Positions 20,365 to 31,609 of a DNA stretch of 64,000 nucleotides are shown here, one piece after another. Each line of letters opens with the position of its first letter. Position 1 is the first letter of the stretch. This stretch comes from Patescibacteria group bacterium (GTDB lineage: Bacteria > Patescibacteriota > Minisyncoccia > Portnoybacterales > UBA2143). Made by a program: the position numbers and the translations under genes. The DNA lies in contig JAHJSM010000002.1 of the NCBI GenBank assembly GCA_018830295.1, positions 115,131-179,130 on the forward strand, in the 5' to 3' direction. Under the pieces are notes generated by a model. It was not told the origin of the DNA and made no database searches. It saw only the letters and a list, made by a program, of their open reading frames with translations.

Positions 20365-21258
20365 TTACACCTCCATTCCCCTTAAAATTTTAACTCTTTC
20401 TTCTATCGGGGGGTGGGTCATGAATAGTTTGCTTACTTTTTTGCCTTTGAAGGGATTGGCAATATACATATGAGCAGTTGCTTTGTTGGCTACTTTTAGA
20501 GGGGTCGCGTCTTTGGATATTTTTTCGAGCGCTTTTGCCAGCCCTTCGGGATAGCGCGTCAACAAAGCGCCATTGGCGTCGGCCAAAAATTCTCTTTTTC
20601 GGGAAATGGTCATTTGGATTAAGAGAGCGATGAGCGGCGATAAAATCGCGAGAATAATTCCAACGACCGCCATAATCGCGCCAAGTCGTCCGCCGCCATC
20701 ATTGCTCCTCCGTCTGCCGCCAAAAATACTCCAGCGCAGAAACCAATTAGAAAGTAAAGCGACCAATCCGACCAAAACAACGACAACCGTTTGCAAAAGA
20801 ATGTCCCTATTTCCGATGTGGCTCATTTCATGCGCCAAAACCCCTTCCAATTCTGATTTTTCCAATTTTTCCAAAAGCCCTCTCGTCACAGCGACAACGG
20901 CATGCTCCGGATCGCGTCCCGTCGCGAAAGCGTTCGGCGACGCCTCATCAATAATGTAAATTTTGGGCAAAGGCAATCCCGCCGTAATAGCGAGATTTTC
21001 AACCAAGCGATACAATTCCGGGCTGTCGCTCTTTTTAATTTCCCTCGCTTTGCTGATTTTCAAAACAATTTTGTCCGAATACCAATAAGACGAAAAACTC
21101 ATCGCTGAACTGAAAATAACCGCAGCGACCAAAATAACCGGACTCTCAAACTGATAACTAAAAATCCAGCCGAGCCCGATGATAAAAATCAAAAAAAGCG
21201 AAATCAAAACCCAGGTCTTCCGGATATTGCTGTCTTTTTGAGTGTAAAGAGTAGCCAT
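20365..21258 (-). CDS. htpX: HtpX-like M48 zinc metalloprotease
   Basis: HEMSH zinc motif, 4 TM helices; adjacent lemA as commonly seen. Confidence 0.85.
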   Translation of the reverse strand: MATLYTQKDSNIRKTWVLISLFLIFIIGLGWIFSYQFESPVILVAAVIFSSAMSFSSYWYSDKIVLKISKAREIKKSDSPELYRLVENLAITAGLPLPKIYIIDEASPNAFATGRDPEHAVVAVTRGLLEKLEKSELEGVLAHEMSHIGNRDILLQTVVVVLVGLVALLSNWFLRWSIFGGRRRSNDGGGRLGAIMAVVGIILAILSPLIALLIQMTISRKREFLADANGALLTRYPEGLAKALEKISKDATPLKVANKATAHMYIANPFKGKKVSKLFMTHPPIEERVKILRGMEV

Positions 21259-21261
21259 TTA

Positions 21262-21819
21262 TTAGAAACTGACTTTGACCGGCTCCCTTTCCGCTTCGTT
21301 TTCTGTCTCAAAGAAATCTCTTTTCTTAAAGCCGAGCGCCCCAGCGATTAAGTTGTTGGGGAATTGTTGAATTTTAATATTGATGTCGCGGACATTGCCG
21401 TTGTAAAATCGGCGCGACGCTTGGATTTTGTCTTCGGTGTCGGTCAATTCTCTTTGCAGTTCCAAAAAATTTTCGTTCGCTTTCAAATCGGGATAATTTT
21501 CTGACACGGCGAATAATGATTTCAAAGTTCCCGACAAAATGTTTTCTTTTTCCGCTTTTTCGTTTGGATTTTCCGCGCCCATCGCCGCCGTTCGGGCTTG
21601 TGTTACTTTCTCAAAAAGCGTTTTTTCATGCGCGGCGTATCCCTTAACCGTTTCAATCAAATTAGGAATTAAATCATATCTCCTTTTTAATTGAACATCT
21701 ATATCGGACCACGCTTCGTCTGTTCTGTTTCTCATCTTAATCAAGCCGTTATAGATGGCGATTAACCACAGAACAACAACAACCGCTAAAATAATTATAA
21801 CCCACAAAATTGTTGGCAT
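21262..21819 (-). CDS. lemA: LemA family protein
   Basis: N-terminal TM then conserved LemA block (IAIYNGLIKMRNRTDEAWSDIDVQLKRRYDLIPNL). Confidence 0.85.
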   Translation of the reverse strand: MPTILWVIIILAVVVVLWLIAIYNGLIKMRNRTDEAWSDIDVQLKRRYDLIPNLIETVKGYAAHEKTLFEKVTQARTAAMGAENPNEKAEKENILSGTLKSLFAVSENYPDLKANENFLELQRELTDTEDKIQASRRFYNGNVRDINIKIQQFPNNLIAGALGFKKRDFFETENEAEREPVKVSF

Positions 21820-21928
21820 ATTTTTTTATTCCCCAAAAACCAAATCTAACTTTTTTCAAAAAATTAAAGCCAATTTAAGAGGTGTTTTTATCGCTTCTTT
21901 TACCGCCATTATACTTCCAAAAACATAT

Positions 21929-21963
21929 TTTCGCAACTAAAAAGTGTTCAACGTTGAACGTTG
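21929..21963 (-). terminator. rho-independent terminator downstream of groEL (AAAAGTGTTCAAC-GTTGAAC-GTTGAACACTTTT)
   Basis: 9-13 bp perfect stem, 7-nt loop, flanking A/T runs; about 35 nt after the groEL stop. Confidence 0.6.
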
Positions 21964-21996
21964 AACACTTTTAGGTTTGACCTCAATTAAAGAAAA

Positions 21997-23649
<1,653 letters not shown>

Positions 23650-23928
23650 TTATTTCTCTAAAATCGCCAAAATATCTTCTTCTCTGGCTATTAAATATTC
23701 TTTTTTATCTATTTTAATTTCGCTCGGGCCATATTTGGCAAAAAGAACGATGTCGCCTTTCTTAACGCTCATTGGCTTTTTGGGTTTGCCTGGTCCAACC
23801 GCGACCACCTTGCCTTGCTCCGATTTTTCTTTATCGGCTGTGTCAGGCAAAATAATACCCGAAGCCGTTTTGTCCTCAACCGAAATTGGTTCAATGAGAA
23901 CTCTATCAGATAATGGTTTGATTTTCAT
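23650..23928 (-). CDS. groES: co-chaperonin GroES
   Basis: 92 aa GroES signature, directly upstream of groEL. Confidence 0.95.
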   Translation of the reverse strand: MKIKPLSDRVLIEPISVEDKTASGIILPDTADKEKSEQGKVVAVGPGKPKKPMSVKKGDIVLFAKYGPSEIKIDKKEYLIAREEDILAILEK

Positions 23929-24008
23929 AAACTAATAAGCGAAAAACAACAAACGATAAATAAAACACAATTATTTGCCGCCCGTCATTCTCCGCTTCTT
24001 TAATATTT

Positions 24009-25010
24009 TTACACTGCCAATCCTGAATCCTTTTCCTCGCCTAATTCGCTCAATCTTAATTGACGTATTTTTTGATTATACTTTTCTAAAATTAATTTTT
24101 CGGGCGAGACCGGATGAAATTCCAACTGCTCATCATTAAAAAACACCCTGCCTCCTTTTTGATTAGTCAGGGGATCTTTTTTAATCCGCCCTTCTTGAAA
24201 TCTCTTCAAGAGTAATTCTAACTTATCACCTACCTTATTGTCAAGAATTGATTCAATCGCTTTTCTAAAAAAACCCAATAAATAACTCGTTTTTACGCTT
24301 CTTAAATATCCCTTCTTGGCAAGCGGATAAAAAAGTAAATAGTCCCCGACCCAAGAATTTTCTTCCTGAAACTTGCGATACAAGAAAGGCGGTTTTTCCT
24401 CCCAGATAGGCGTCAAGCGCGCGTAGGTCTGGGCATTATACAAACTTTGAAAAGGAATTTTGAGCGATTTATCGGTTAAGTAATGATTGAGGCAAAACCG
24501 ATTTTTGGTCAAATTATTATGCCGCCTCTGCCCGATTAAATGGATAAACAAAGTCGTCAGCCCTCGACAAGTCCAGATTCTGCCAAACTTGGAAACAATC
24601 AAAAGGTCTATATCTGATTTGTCTTTCGTATTGTTCATCGCCAAAGAGCCACTTACCATAATTAATTTAATAAAAGGAATTAATTGCAAGAAATAGATAA
24701 CGCGTCGCGCCTTCTTCCACTTCTTATCCGCTATTTTCTGCCTTTCAATTCTTTCCTCAACAATCCCCTCTCGCCCGCGGAGAAAATAAAGCCCGTTTTT
24801 CTCGCCAATCGCTTTTTTTAATTCTCGGCTATTTTCCAACGCATTACAAAACGGGGACAAAAAAGATGGGGACAGTCCCCCGTCTTCGGGGGCTGCCCCC
24901 ATCTTCTGACAATTTATCCCATATCTAAAAATCTCCCAACCATTAAGCGGTCTGTCTAAAACATCATAATAAACAAGAGTCGCCAAAACTGACTTTTCTA
25001 AATGGGTCAT
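24009..25010 (-). CDS. hypothetical protein with minimal nucleotidyltransferase (Pol-beta-like) motif; carries in-frame GC-palindrome at 24864-24903
   Basis: GS-X9-SDIDLLIV motif; otherwise unrecognised. Confidence 0.4.
   Translation of the reverse strand: MTHLEKSVLATLVYYDVLDRPLNGWEIFRYGINCQKMGAAPEDGGLSPSFLSPFCNALENSRELKKAIGEKNGLYFLRGREGIVEERIERQKIADKKWKKARRVIYFLQLIPFIKLIMVSGSLAMNNTKDKSDIDLLIVSKFGRIWTCRGLTTLFIHLIGQRRHNNLTKNRFCLNHYLTDKSLKIPFQSLYNAQTYARLTPIWEEKPPFLYRKFQEENSWVGDYLLFYPLAKKGYLRSVKTSYLLGFFRKAIESILDNKVGDKLELLLKRFQEGRIKKDPLTNQKGGRVFFNDEQLEFHPVSPEKLILEKYNQKIRQLRLSELGEEKDSGLAV
24864..24903. repeat. GC-rich palindromic element (GGGGACAGTCCCCC-GTCTTC-GGGGGCTGCCCCC) inside CDS 24009-25010, in frame
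   Basis: family member. Confidence 0.75.
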
Positions 25011-25077
25011 ATAATTATATTATACCTTATCCTGACCAAACAAAAAAGGCGCTCGGTTTTTTACCAAGCGCCCAGTT

Positions 25078-25794
25078 TTATTCCCAAAATCCCGAAAAAT
25101 CCATATCTTCAGGATAAGGATACGGCGGCTGTCCAAATATCGCCACCCATTCTCTGCCCTTCCCAAGATCGGTAGTAATAGGAACCCCCGCCCGACACAG
25201 TGGACATGGCGCTTCTCTTAAATCATATTGCTCCAACTTTTTAGCGAAATATGGATAGTATTGTTCTACTCCTAACGATTCAGCCGTCTGTCCGCCCCTG
25301 TCAACAAAACAAGTCGCCGCTATAATATTTCCATTAACCGCGTTTCGGAAAAGTTTAGCGACTTCCTTTATTGTCGCGCCGTTGTCAACAATATTGTCAT
25401 GGATGATAAAAGCGGTGTTTTGATAATATCCCAATAGTTTATCTGGAATTATATGATAATCTTGACCTTCATTATCCCTAACCAGTTGGGTTCGGGCAGG
25501 GAAAAATGGAATGCGGATGACCGATTCAAAGAACGCGGCCAATGACAAACTAAACGGAATTGCCCCGTAGGCCGGACCGATAATCCCAACTTTTTTTACC
25601 CCGTTAAATCCTAGACCTAAAGTTAAGGCATTAGCCCCGACCCGATCAATAAGACTTATCAGTTTTTTCGCTCCCATTTTCGGAAATTGCTCTTTGTTGA
25701 TATAAAGATTACCATGGGCATAACCCTCCTCATAAACAAAATGCCCTTCAGCAACCACACCCGTCTCTTTAATAAACTCACCTGTTCCAGTCAT
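25078..25794 (-). CDS. type I phosphoribosyltransferase-domain protein (PyrE-like paralog 2)
   Basis: PRTase PRPP-binding motif AFIIHDNIVDNGATIKEVA; C-terminal CPLCRAG. Confidence 0.5.
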   Translation of the reverse strand: MTGTGEFIKETGVVAEGHFVYEEGYAHGNLYINKEQFPKMGAKKLISLIDRVGANALTLGLGFNGVKKVGIIGPAYGAIPFSLSLAAFFESVIRIPFFPARTQLVRDNEGQDYHIIPDKLLGYYQNTAFIIHDNIVDNGATIKEVAKLFRNAVNGNIIAATCFVDRGGQTAESLGVEQYYPYFAKKLEQYDLREAPCPLCRAGVPITTDLGKGREWVAIFGQPPYPYPEDMDFSGFWE

Positions 25795-25813
25795 AATTTC
25801 TCACTTCCCCTTT

Positions 25814-26698
25814 CTACAAAAACTCATTAATCTGATCTCTCAATTCTTTGGCTTTTTGCGCGGCCGCGGCGGCGAAGTCGTCTCCTTGGCTGGCAAAAGT
25901 AATGCCTGATGAAGAATTAATAGCAATAGAGCCGGGACCCATATAAGCAGCTCTAACGGTTTCTTCAATAAATCCGCCCTGGGTTCCAATTCCCGGAATT
26001 AGGAACCATAATCTATTGCCGACAACTACCCTGGCGCGGGATAAATGCTCTGAAAAAATCTTTCCAGAGCCCTTCGGATATTCGTGAGCTGCCGCCATAA
26101 CTAATCCTGCGTTTTCCACAATCCCCAAACCTTCAGCCCATTCTAATATACGACGGGCCATAAAAAGCCAATACGGCCACTCTTGTTCAGTCATTATATC
26201 CTGAACTTCTCTCGCGGAAGGATTACTGGTATAACACAGGCCCACAATCGCCCTTCCAAGATGTTCTTTATCAACAAGATACTCCATACAATCTTTCCCC
26301 ATATACGGAGAAAAATTCATCCCATCAACACCATCAATCTCAAAATGAGCAATCTTGTATCGCTGTTGCGTCCGACCAATATCGCCTCGTTTGCAGTCCA
26401 AAAAAACAGGAATGTCGGGATATTTGTGATGAATATAATCCACTATAAATCGCAAAATATTATGACCATCTGGTAATGCTTCGTAGTGCGCCTTTTGCGG
26501 TTTGAACATTGAAGCAAATGGAGCAGTAGCATCAACTATATCTCTTAACCACAACTCAACGGCGCTATTCAGATACCTTCTATCAATCCTTTTAGCATAA
26601 AGATTAGGAAGTTTCTCTACTAACGGGTCAAGTCCCACGCAAACCAAAGAACTAATTTTTTCTTGGCGTTCTGCCAACATTTCTCTGAAATTTCGCAT
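25814..26698 (-). CDS. pyrF: orotidine-5'-phosphate decarboxylase (type 2)
   Basis: LVCVGLDP and FLDCKRGDIGRTQ motifs of the OMP decarboxylase family. Confidence 0.75.
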   Translation of the reverse strand: MRNFREMLAERQEKISSLVCVGLDPLVEKLPNLYAKRIDRRYLNSAVELWLRDIVDATAPFASMFKPQKAHYEALPDGHNILRFIVDYIHHKYPDIPVFLDCKRGDIGRTQQRYKIAHFEIDGVDGMNFSPYMGKDCMEYLVDKEHLGRAIVGLCYTSNPSAREVQDIMTEQEWPYWLFMARRILEWAEGLGIVENAGLVMAAAHEYPKGSGKIFSEHLSRARVVVGNRLWFLIPGIGTQGGFIEETVRAAYMGPGSIAINSSSGITFASQGDDFAAAAAQKAKELRDQINEFL

Positions 26699-26717
26699 AA
26701 CACTCCTCCTTTATTTA

Positions 26718-26774
26718 AAAGTTAAGGAACTATTTATTTGCGATTATTCTACCAATATTGATGAATTAGTCAAT
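26718..26774 (-). promoter_or_regulatory. promoter plus 5' leader copy 1 (TTGACT-N16-TAGAAT plus about 40 nt leader with AAGGAGG) upstream of pyrF
   Basis: near-identical 57-bp sequence repeated at 28409-28465 upstream of pyrD. Confidence 0.55.
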
Positions 26775-26855
26775 GTTTTACCTTATTTTTGCCTTTAATC
26801 CTAAAACAAAAAGGCGTCCAGTTTTATTTTTTAAAACCGAACGCCTGCGCTGAAA

Positions 26856-27521
26856 TTAATTTTTTCCAGTTAGTTCCCTCCAGTGACTTTTGGGCCGATA
26901 TCTTAGAGATCCTGCTTTACATAACGGGCAATTTTCTGGACTAACTGTCCAAACTTCTTTTTCAATCAAAGCTATCGCTTTCTGTTCTCCATAATCAACT
27001 GGCAGTTTTGATGGTCTGTGAATTAGGATACCAATTTCTGGCAAAAAATTCACCGGTTCAGTATTGCCTTCCTCTACTGCTCGCCGCACTTCCTTAAATG
27101 TTCCACTAGTGGTAACAAGTTCTTCTATTTGAAGAATAGTTGCTCCAGCTGGAATAGTCATTCGCCGCCAAATCATTCTTTTGCCCTTCTGGTCAGTCGG
27201 ATCTTTTTCAGTAAAGGCATGGACAGCGCCAATGGCCTTGGCTACTTCATAAGAAAAAGTAATAGCCGAATAAGGGGAACCAATAGTCCAGTCCACCTTA
27301 TTTACTCCGTTCTGTTTTAGTTTCCGAACAAGTTCCTGAGCTAAATTTTCGTTTAGATATGGATATTTTAGAACTTCAGAGCAATTAAAATATCCATTAC
27401 TACATAGACCCGAAGTTAATTCCGCATGCGGTTTTTTGGAATTGCCATCGTGAATCCATACTGCGTTGCATTTATCAAACCAACCAAGGATCATCTCTGG
27501 ATCCATAGTGCCTTCATCCAT
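26856..27521 (-). CDS. pyrE: orotate phosphoribosyltransferase-like protein
   Basis: PRTase fold motifs (ELVTTSGTFKEV); positioned between pyrD and pyrF; C-terminal CPLCKAG. Confidence 0.5.
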   Translation of the reverse strand: MDEGTMDPEMILGWFDKCNAVWIHDGNSKKPHAELTSGLCSNGYFNCSEVLKYPYLNENLAQELVRKLKQNGVNKVDWTIGSPYSAITFSYEVAKAIGAVHAFTEKDPTDQKGKRMIWRRMTIPAGATILQIEELVTTSGTFKEVRRAVEEGNTEPVNFLPEIGILIHRPSKLPVDYGEQKAIALIEKEVWTVSPENCPLCKAGSLRYRPKSHWRELTGKN

Positions 27522-27525
27522 AATT

Positions 27526-28383
27526 CTACCTCCCCATATCTCTTCTTACAAACATTGTTGGTCGCCATGGATATTGAATAAAAACAGAGCCAAAACTAAT
27601 TGCCTTCGCGCCAATTTGCCTTAATCTTTCAATGTCCTGAAATTCCCATACACTCGGTCCAATTACCGGAATTGAAGTTAGTTCAATAATTTCCCTAAGA
27701 AATTTCCACGTAAACGGTTGAGCTACTCTCCCTGAAACGCCGCCATCGCTCAAACGAAATAACGGACTTTTTTGGTTAGGAAAAGCAGTTTTCCAAGGAA
27801 CGCTGTTAATATCAATAGCTTCAACTAATCCTTTTATCCGAGGAAGAATTGCTTTAATATTATGAACAACTGAAAGTTTAAGAAAAATTGGAAATCGGCT
27901 TACTTCTTTTACTGCTTGGCATCCTTTAATAATTTTTCTAGTATTTTTCAACCAATCACTTTCGGTGTTGGGGCAAGAAGCGTTAATTTCCAAACCAACC
28001 AAGTCAAAATCATTTAATATAATGGCCATTTCGGCAAGCTCTTGAATGTTATCCGAAAGAATAGAGCCAACTATAGGAATTTTCTTCCTATCAACTTTTG
28101 GACCAATTTTTTGACGCCACCATTTAATCCCTGGATTAGTCAGTCCTGCGGCATTCACAACGCCGCCCGGCAAAAAACGAATACACCTAAACGGATTATG
28201 CCAGCGTAAATTTCCTTTTTTAGGTTTATAAGTAAGAGTTTTGATAACAACCGTGAAAAGAGACGGATCAAACAACTCAACCCATTTCAAAGACCATTCC
28301 CATGGCCATCCGGCCCCATCAAAACCTAATGCCCCGCTCGCCGCGACATACTCAAACCGATGACCATTGGAAAGTTGTATCAT
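27526..28383 (-). CDS. pyrD: dihydroorotate dehydrogenase-family protein (class 1-like)
   Basis: NAAGLTNPG and NASCPNT motifs of the DHOD/DHPD family. Confidence 0.65.
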   Translation of the reverse strand: MIQLSNGHRFEYVAASGALGFDGAGWPWEWSLKWVELFDPSLFTVVIKTLTYKPKKGNLRWHNPFRCIRFLPGGVVNAAGLTNPGIKWWRQKIGPKVDRKKIPIVGSILSDNIQELAEMAIILNDFDLVGLEINASCPNTESDWLKNTRKIIKGCQAVKEVSRFPIFLKLSVVHNIKAILPRIKGLVEAIDINSVPWKTAFPNQKSPLFRLSDGGVSGRVAQPFTWKFLREIIELTSIPVIGPSVWEFQDIERLRQIGAKAISFGSVFIQYPWRPTMFVRRDMGR

Positions 28384-28408
28384 TTCTTCACCTCCTTTTC
28401 AATATTCA

Positions 28409-28465
28409 AAAGTTAAGGAACTATTTATTTGCGATTATTCTACCAACATTGACGAATTAGTCAAT
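28409..28465 (-). promoter_or_regulatory. promoter plus 5' leader copy 2 upstream of pyrD
   Basis: duplicate of 26718-26774 (2 mismatches). Confidence 0.55.
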
Positions 28466-28704
28466 CCCAAAACAACCGCTTGGGCGATTCTATCGCTGAT
28501 AATTGATTTTTCGCTTGGGATGACTTTAAATTTTTTAATATCAGACAAGTTGATTTTATTTTTCTTCAAAAATTTATCCAATTCAACCAAAAGCGTTTCG
28601 CTTAATTGATAAAGGCCGTCCCATTTATGGACGGCGATTTGCTTTTTACCCAGTTTAAGAACCAAGCAAAGTTTTTCTCCTGACAAATCAATAATTAAAG
28701 TCAT
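28435..28704 (-). CDS. hypothetical protein, weak resemblance to TsaB/YeaZ N-terminal region
   Basis: MTLIIDLSGEKLCLVL...IISDRIAQAVVLGL pattern; low confidence; 3' end overlaps the pyrD promoter repeat. Confidence 0.3.
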   Translation of the reverse strand: MTLIIDLSGEKLCLVLKLGKKQIAVHKWDGLYQLSETLLVELDKFLKKNKINLSDIKKFKVIPSEKSIISDRIAQAVVLGLTNSSMLVE

Positions 28705-29081
28705 TTCTCTTTTCTTTTTTTTTCTAATTCCCTAATACCATTTTCGCTAAAGCCAAAATGATGAGCGATTTCGTGCCAGACAGTATTTTTTACTAAATCA
28801 ATTATTTCTTTTTCGGACTTGGCCGATTTTTCTATTGGTTTCTGAAAAATACTGATTTTATCTGGCAAAATATTGCCAAAACCCCTGCCCCATGCTGTCT
28901 GCGGCACTCCGTGATATAATCCAAAAAGAGAGTTTGCGGATTTAAGTCCAAGATCTCGCATTTGCTCTGGAGACGCGCTTGGCTCCACAACAATCTCCAC
29001 ATTATCCATTTTTTGACGGATATGCTCTGGTATTTCCAAAATCGCTTTTTCGACTAATTTATTAAAATCATCTGTTCGCAT
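28701..29081 (-). CDS. metallopeptidase-family protein (DUF1025-like, HExxH)
   Basis: VEIVVEPSASPEQMRDLGL...WHEIAHHFGFSE characteristic block. Confidence 0.7.
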   Translation of the reverse strand: MRTDDFNKLVEKAILEIPEHIRQKMDNVEIVVEPSASPEQMRDLGLKSANSLFGLYHGVPQTAWGRGFGNILPDKISIFQKPIEKSAKSEKEIIDLVKNTVWHEIAHHFGFSENGIRELEKKRKEK

Positions 29082-29098
29082 ACTATTAGGAAAAAATC

Positions 29099-29320
29099 TT
29101 AAACTTTGATCTTAAAAACCTTATTCCTTCGCTGAAAACCGCTTATCATTTTAACATCATCGCGCGAAACACCAAAATACTCCGCTAAAGCGTTCGCGAC
29201 CGCCCGATTTGCCATCCCCTTAATCGGTTTCTCCTTAACCCAAATCTCAAAACTATCTTCAGATTTTTTAATAATTTCCTTCTTCCCCGCCGAAGGAAAA
29301 ACCTTAACTTTAATAAGCAT
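29099..29320 (-). CDS. DUF167/YggU family protein
   Basis: 73 aa; KVFPSAGK...PIKGMANRAVANALAEYFGVSRDDVKMISG pattern. Confidence 0.65.
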   Translation of the reverse strand: MLIKVKVFPSAGKKEIIKKSEDSFEIWVKEKPIKGMANRAVANALAEYFGVSRDDVKMISGFQRRNKVFKIKV

Positions 29321-29446
29321 ATAAATTTTCTATTTTTTGTGTATTATACACCGATACTTAATGAGCGCGCAATCTTGACAATTTATATAATATATACTAT
29401 CATACCATTAGCACTTTAAAATATTAAACAAAAGGAGGAGGAAGAA

Positions 29447-30484
29447 ATGAAAAAATCAATCGGTATCGCGGCAATGATGGTTGTGGTTTTGTTGTTTATC
29501 GCTCAAACGGCGCAAGCAATTCAACCTAATAACCTGCAAAACGCGGTCTTATCTTATCTTGACCAACCAGATTTTGCTGGAAAGGAGTTTTGGCAAAAAC
29601 TAAGCAACACTAAAACAGAGATTGAAATGATAGATTTTTCTGAAGGAAATATTTATCTTTCAATTGACACTAATGATTACAGCAAAAAAATACTTGATTT
29701 AATCTGTATAAACCCTAAACAGATTGAATTCGGCAAAACAGAACAGGCCGACAGATATTTTTTCCGTTTGCCGATTGATAATCTTAAAATAGATTTATCA
29801 AAAAAGGTAAGATATCAATTTGGCAAAATCACTTATGATATTTCTATCCCTGAACTTTACGCCTTCATTTCCAACAGAAGCGTTTATGGCGGATACCTGA
29901 ATGTTTTAAGAAGTATTGAAAATAACACTATTGCTATCTTTTTTAATCATGGCGCTTTTGTCGCTAAAAAAGGAGAAGTGTCATTGGAAAAACTGGCTTC
30001 CCGCATTACAGCTGGCGCAACCAGCAAAGAAGCCAAGGCCCAAAAACTGCTTGATTTTGTCACTGCGGAAATTGAATACGATTACGCGGAGGCATTGTCT
30101 AGCGCGGAAACGCTTAAAAGACCGAATGAAACTCTGATGACTAAACGGTCTGATTGTAGCGGCAAGGTTATTCTATACGCTTCATTATTAGAGCAAGCGG
30201 ATATTGATTATCGATTGCTCTACATAGGCGACTCGTCGGTTGATCACATATCTGTGGCTGTTGAAGGCAGTTATCCTAATTCAAACAACCTTGAGTTTGA
30301 ATTAGGAACAAAGAAATATAGTGTCGCCGAAACCACCATTGAAGAATTTAAAATCGGCAGAAGTATACCAGCGACCGTATTTGGTCATAAAATACGCCTA
30401 TCTTATATTAAGTATATCCAAAAGCCGGGAAAGGATTCTAAAATCCTTGATGTAAAAACCGGCGAACCGTTGGAGTTCTATTAA
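29447..30484 (+). CDS. secreted transglutaminase-like (papain-fold) domain protein
   Basis: signal peptide; RSDCSGKVILYASLLEQADIDYRLLY ... DHISVAV Cys/His core. Confidence 0.45.
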   Translation: MKKSIGIAAMMVVVLLFIAQTAQAIQPNNLQNAVLSYLDQPDFAGKEFWQKLSNTKTEIEMIDFSEGNIYLSIDTNDYSKKILDLICINPKQIEFGKTEQADRYFFRLPIDNLKIDLSKKVRYQFGKITYDISIPELYAFISNRSVYGGYLNVLRSIENNTIAIFFNHGAFVAKKGEVSLEKLASRITAGATSKEAKAQKLLDFVTAEIEYDYAEALSSAETLKRPNETLMTKRSDCSGKVILYASLLEQADIDYRLLYIGDSSVDHISVAVEGSYPNSNNLEFELGTKKYSVAETTIEEFKIGRSIPATVFGHKIRLSYIKYIQKPGKDSKILDVKTGEPLEFY

Positions 30485-30492
30485 CAAAAACA

Positions 30493-30519
30493 AAGAGAGC
30501 TTAACCAGCTCTCTTTTTC
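30493..30519. terminator. bidirectional rho-independent terminator (AAAGAGAGCT-TAACC-AGCTCTCTTTTT)
   Basis: 10-bp perfect stem flanked by A and T runs between convergent genes. Confidence 0.7.
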
Positions 30520-30844
30520 ATTTAAAATTATCCGCGTCAATTTCAATCCAATCGCGCGCATTCATATCCCATTTGAAGGCCGTCATCCTGCTTGTTTTTT
30601 CGTCCTTACTATAAACATATTCTTCCCCTGAACCTGAACCGATGCGGCGAGAAAAAAATGTTTTTTTATCAAGCACAACTGGTTTTGTCGTAAACTCTAA
30701 CTTAACCCTGCCGATCGGGCTTTTAAAGGTAATATGTTCAACATCCACTCCCCCGCGTTCGTCCAAATGCTCGTTCCCAAAATCTTCCACCTCAAACTTA
30801 TCCTTAATATCACCCACTAAATTTTCCCATTTTTCAGGCAACAT
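30518..30844 (-). CDS. hypothetical protein
   Basis: ORF only. Confidence 0.35.
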   Translation of the reverse strand: MLPEKWENLVGDIKDKFEVEDFGNEHLDERGGVDVEHITFKSPIGRVKLEFTTKPVVLDKKTFFSRRIGSGSGEEYVYSKDEKTSRMTAFKWDMNARDWIEIDADNFK

Positions 30845-30848
30845 ATTT

Positions 30849-31607
30849 TTATTTTGATAATTCTTCTTTCGCCGCTTCCTCTCGATAGGCGCAATAATCG
30901 CATTCGCTGTTTGCCAAAGGAATTTTATTATTCATCATACACTTATGGGCGTCAACAATCGCTTTTTCCACCCAAAAATCATCACCCTTATACGGAATAA
31001 TTTTCACATCAAATTCTAATTTCCCATCAAACGCTTTTACATCTTTTTTACCATTACAATAAACAAAATATCCCGTGTCTGAAATTTTCAAATCGTTTCG
31101 CCGTAAAAGCCATTGATAAATTTCCATCTGCCTCTTATATCCGTCCTGCCATTCCGCGTCTAAATTAACATCGCCATCCTTACTCGTCGCCTTATAGTCC
31201 ACAACATAAACAATTTTTTCTTTATCAACCCATAAATCATCAACCGCTCCGGTAATAATTAAATTGGTCGGTTCATGAAAATATTGAACGCCCTTAAAAT
31301 TTTCTCTCCATTCATTCAATTTTGGATGACTAAAAGGAATTAAATTCAAACAATATTCCTCCATAAAAGGATGCGCTTTATTCTCCGCCCGATGAATATC
31401 AAATTCTTTTTTAAGCAAAAAGTCCACCGCCGAGTTTAAACTAAAAGGATAACCGGGCGGCCTGCCGACGCCCAATCGCCGGTCAAGATAAAAACAGCGC
31501 GGACAAGACAAAAACAAGTCAATCTTTGAACGGCTTAATTTGAAAATATCCTTTGATTCCGGGTCAAAAAGATTATATTTTCTCTTTGGGTTATAGTATT
31601 GCGACAT
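30849..31607 (-). CDS. PD-(D/E)XK nuclease (Cas4/DUF83-like, Fe-S cysteine cluster)
   Basis: N-terminal SCPRCFY, central VDYK, C-terminal CDYCAY cysteines. Confidence 0.6.
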   Translation of the reverse strand: MSQYYNPKRKYNLFDPESKDIFKLSRSKIDLFLSCPRCFYLDRRLGVGRPPGYPFSLNSAVDFLLKKEFDIHRAENKAHPFMEEYCLNLIPFSHPKLNEWRENFKGVQYFHEPTNLIITGAVDDLWVDKEKIVYVVDYKATSKDGDVNLDAEWQDGYKRQMEIYQWLLRRNDLKISDTGYFVYCNGKKDVKAFDGKLEFDVKIIPYKGDDFWVEKAIVDAHKCMMNNKIPLANSECDYCAYREEAAKEELSK

Positions 31608-31609
31608 AA

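Noticed and set aside
23929-24008. CIRCE heat-shock operator upstream of groES
   Set aside because: No TTAGCACTC-N9-GAGTGCTAA-like inverted repeat present. Only a 20-mer (ATTCTCCGCTTCTTTAATAT) shared with the dnaG 3' coding region was seen, which is probably coincidental.
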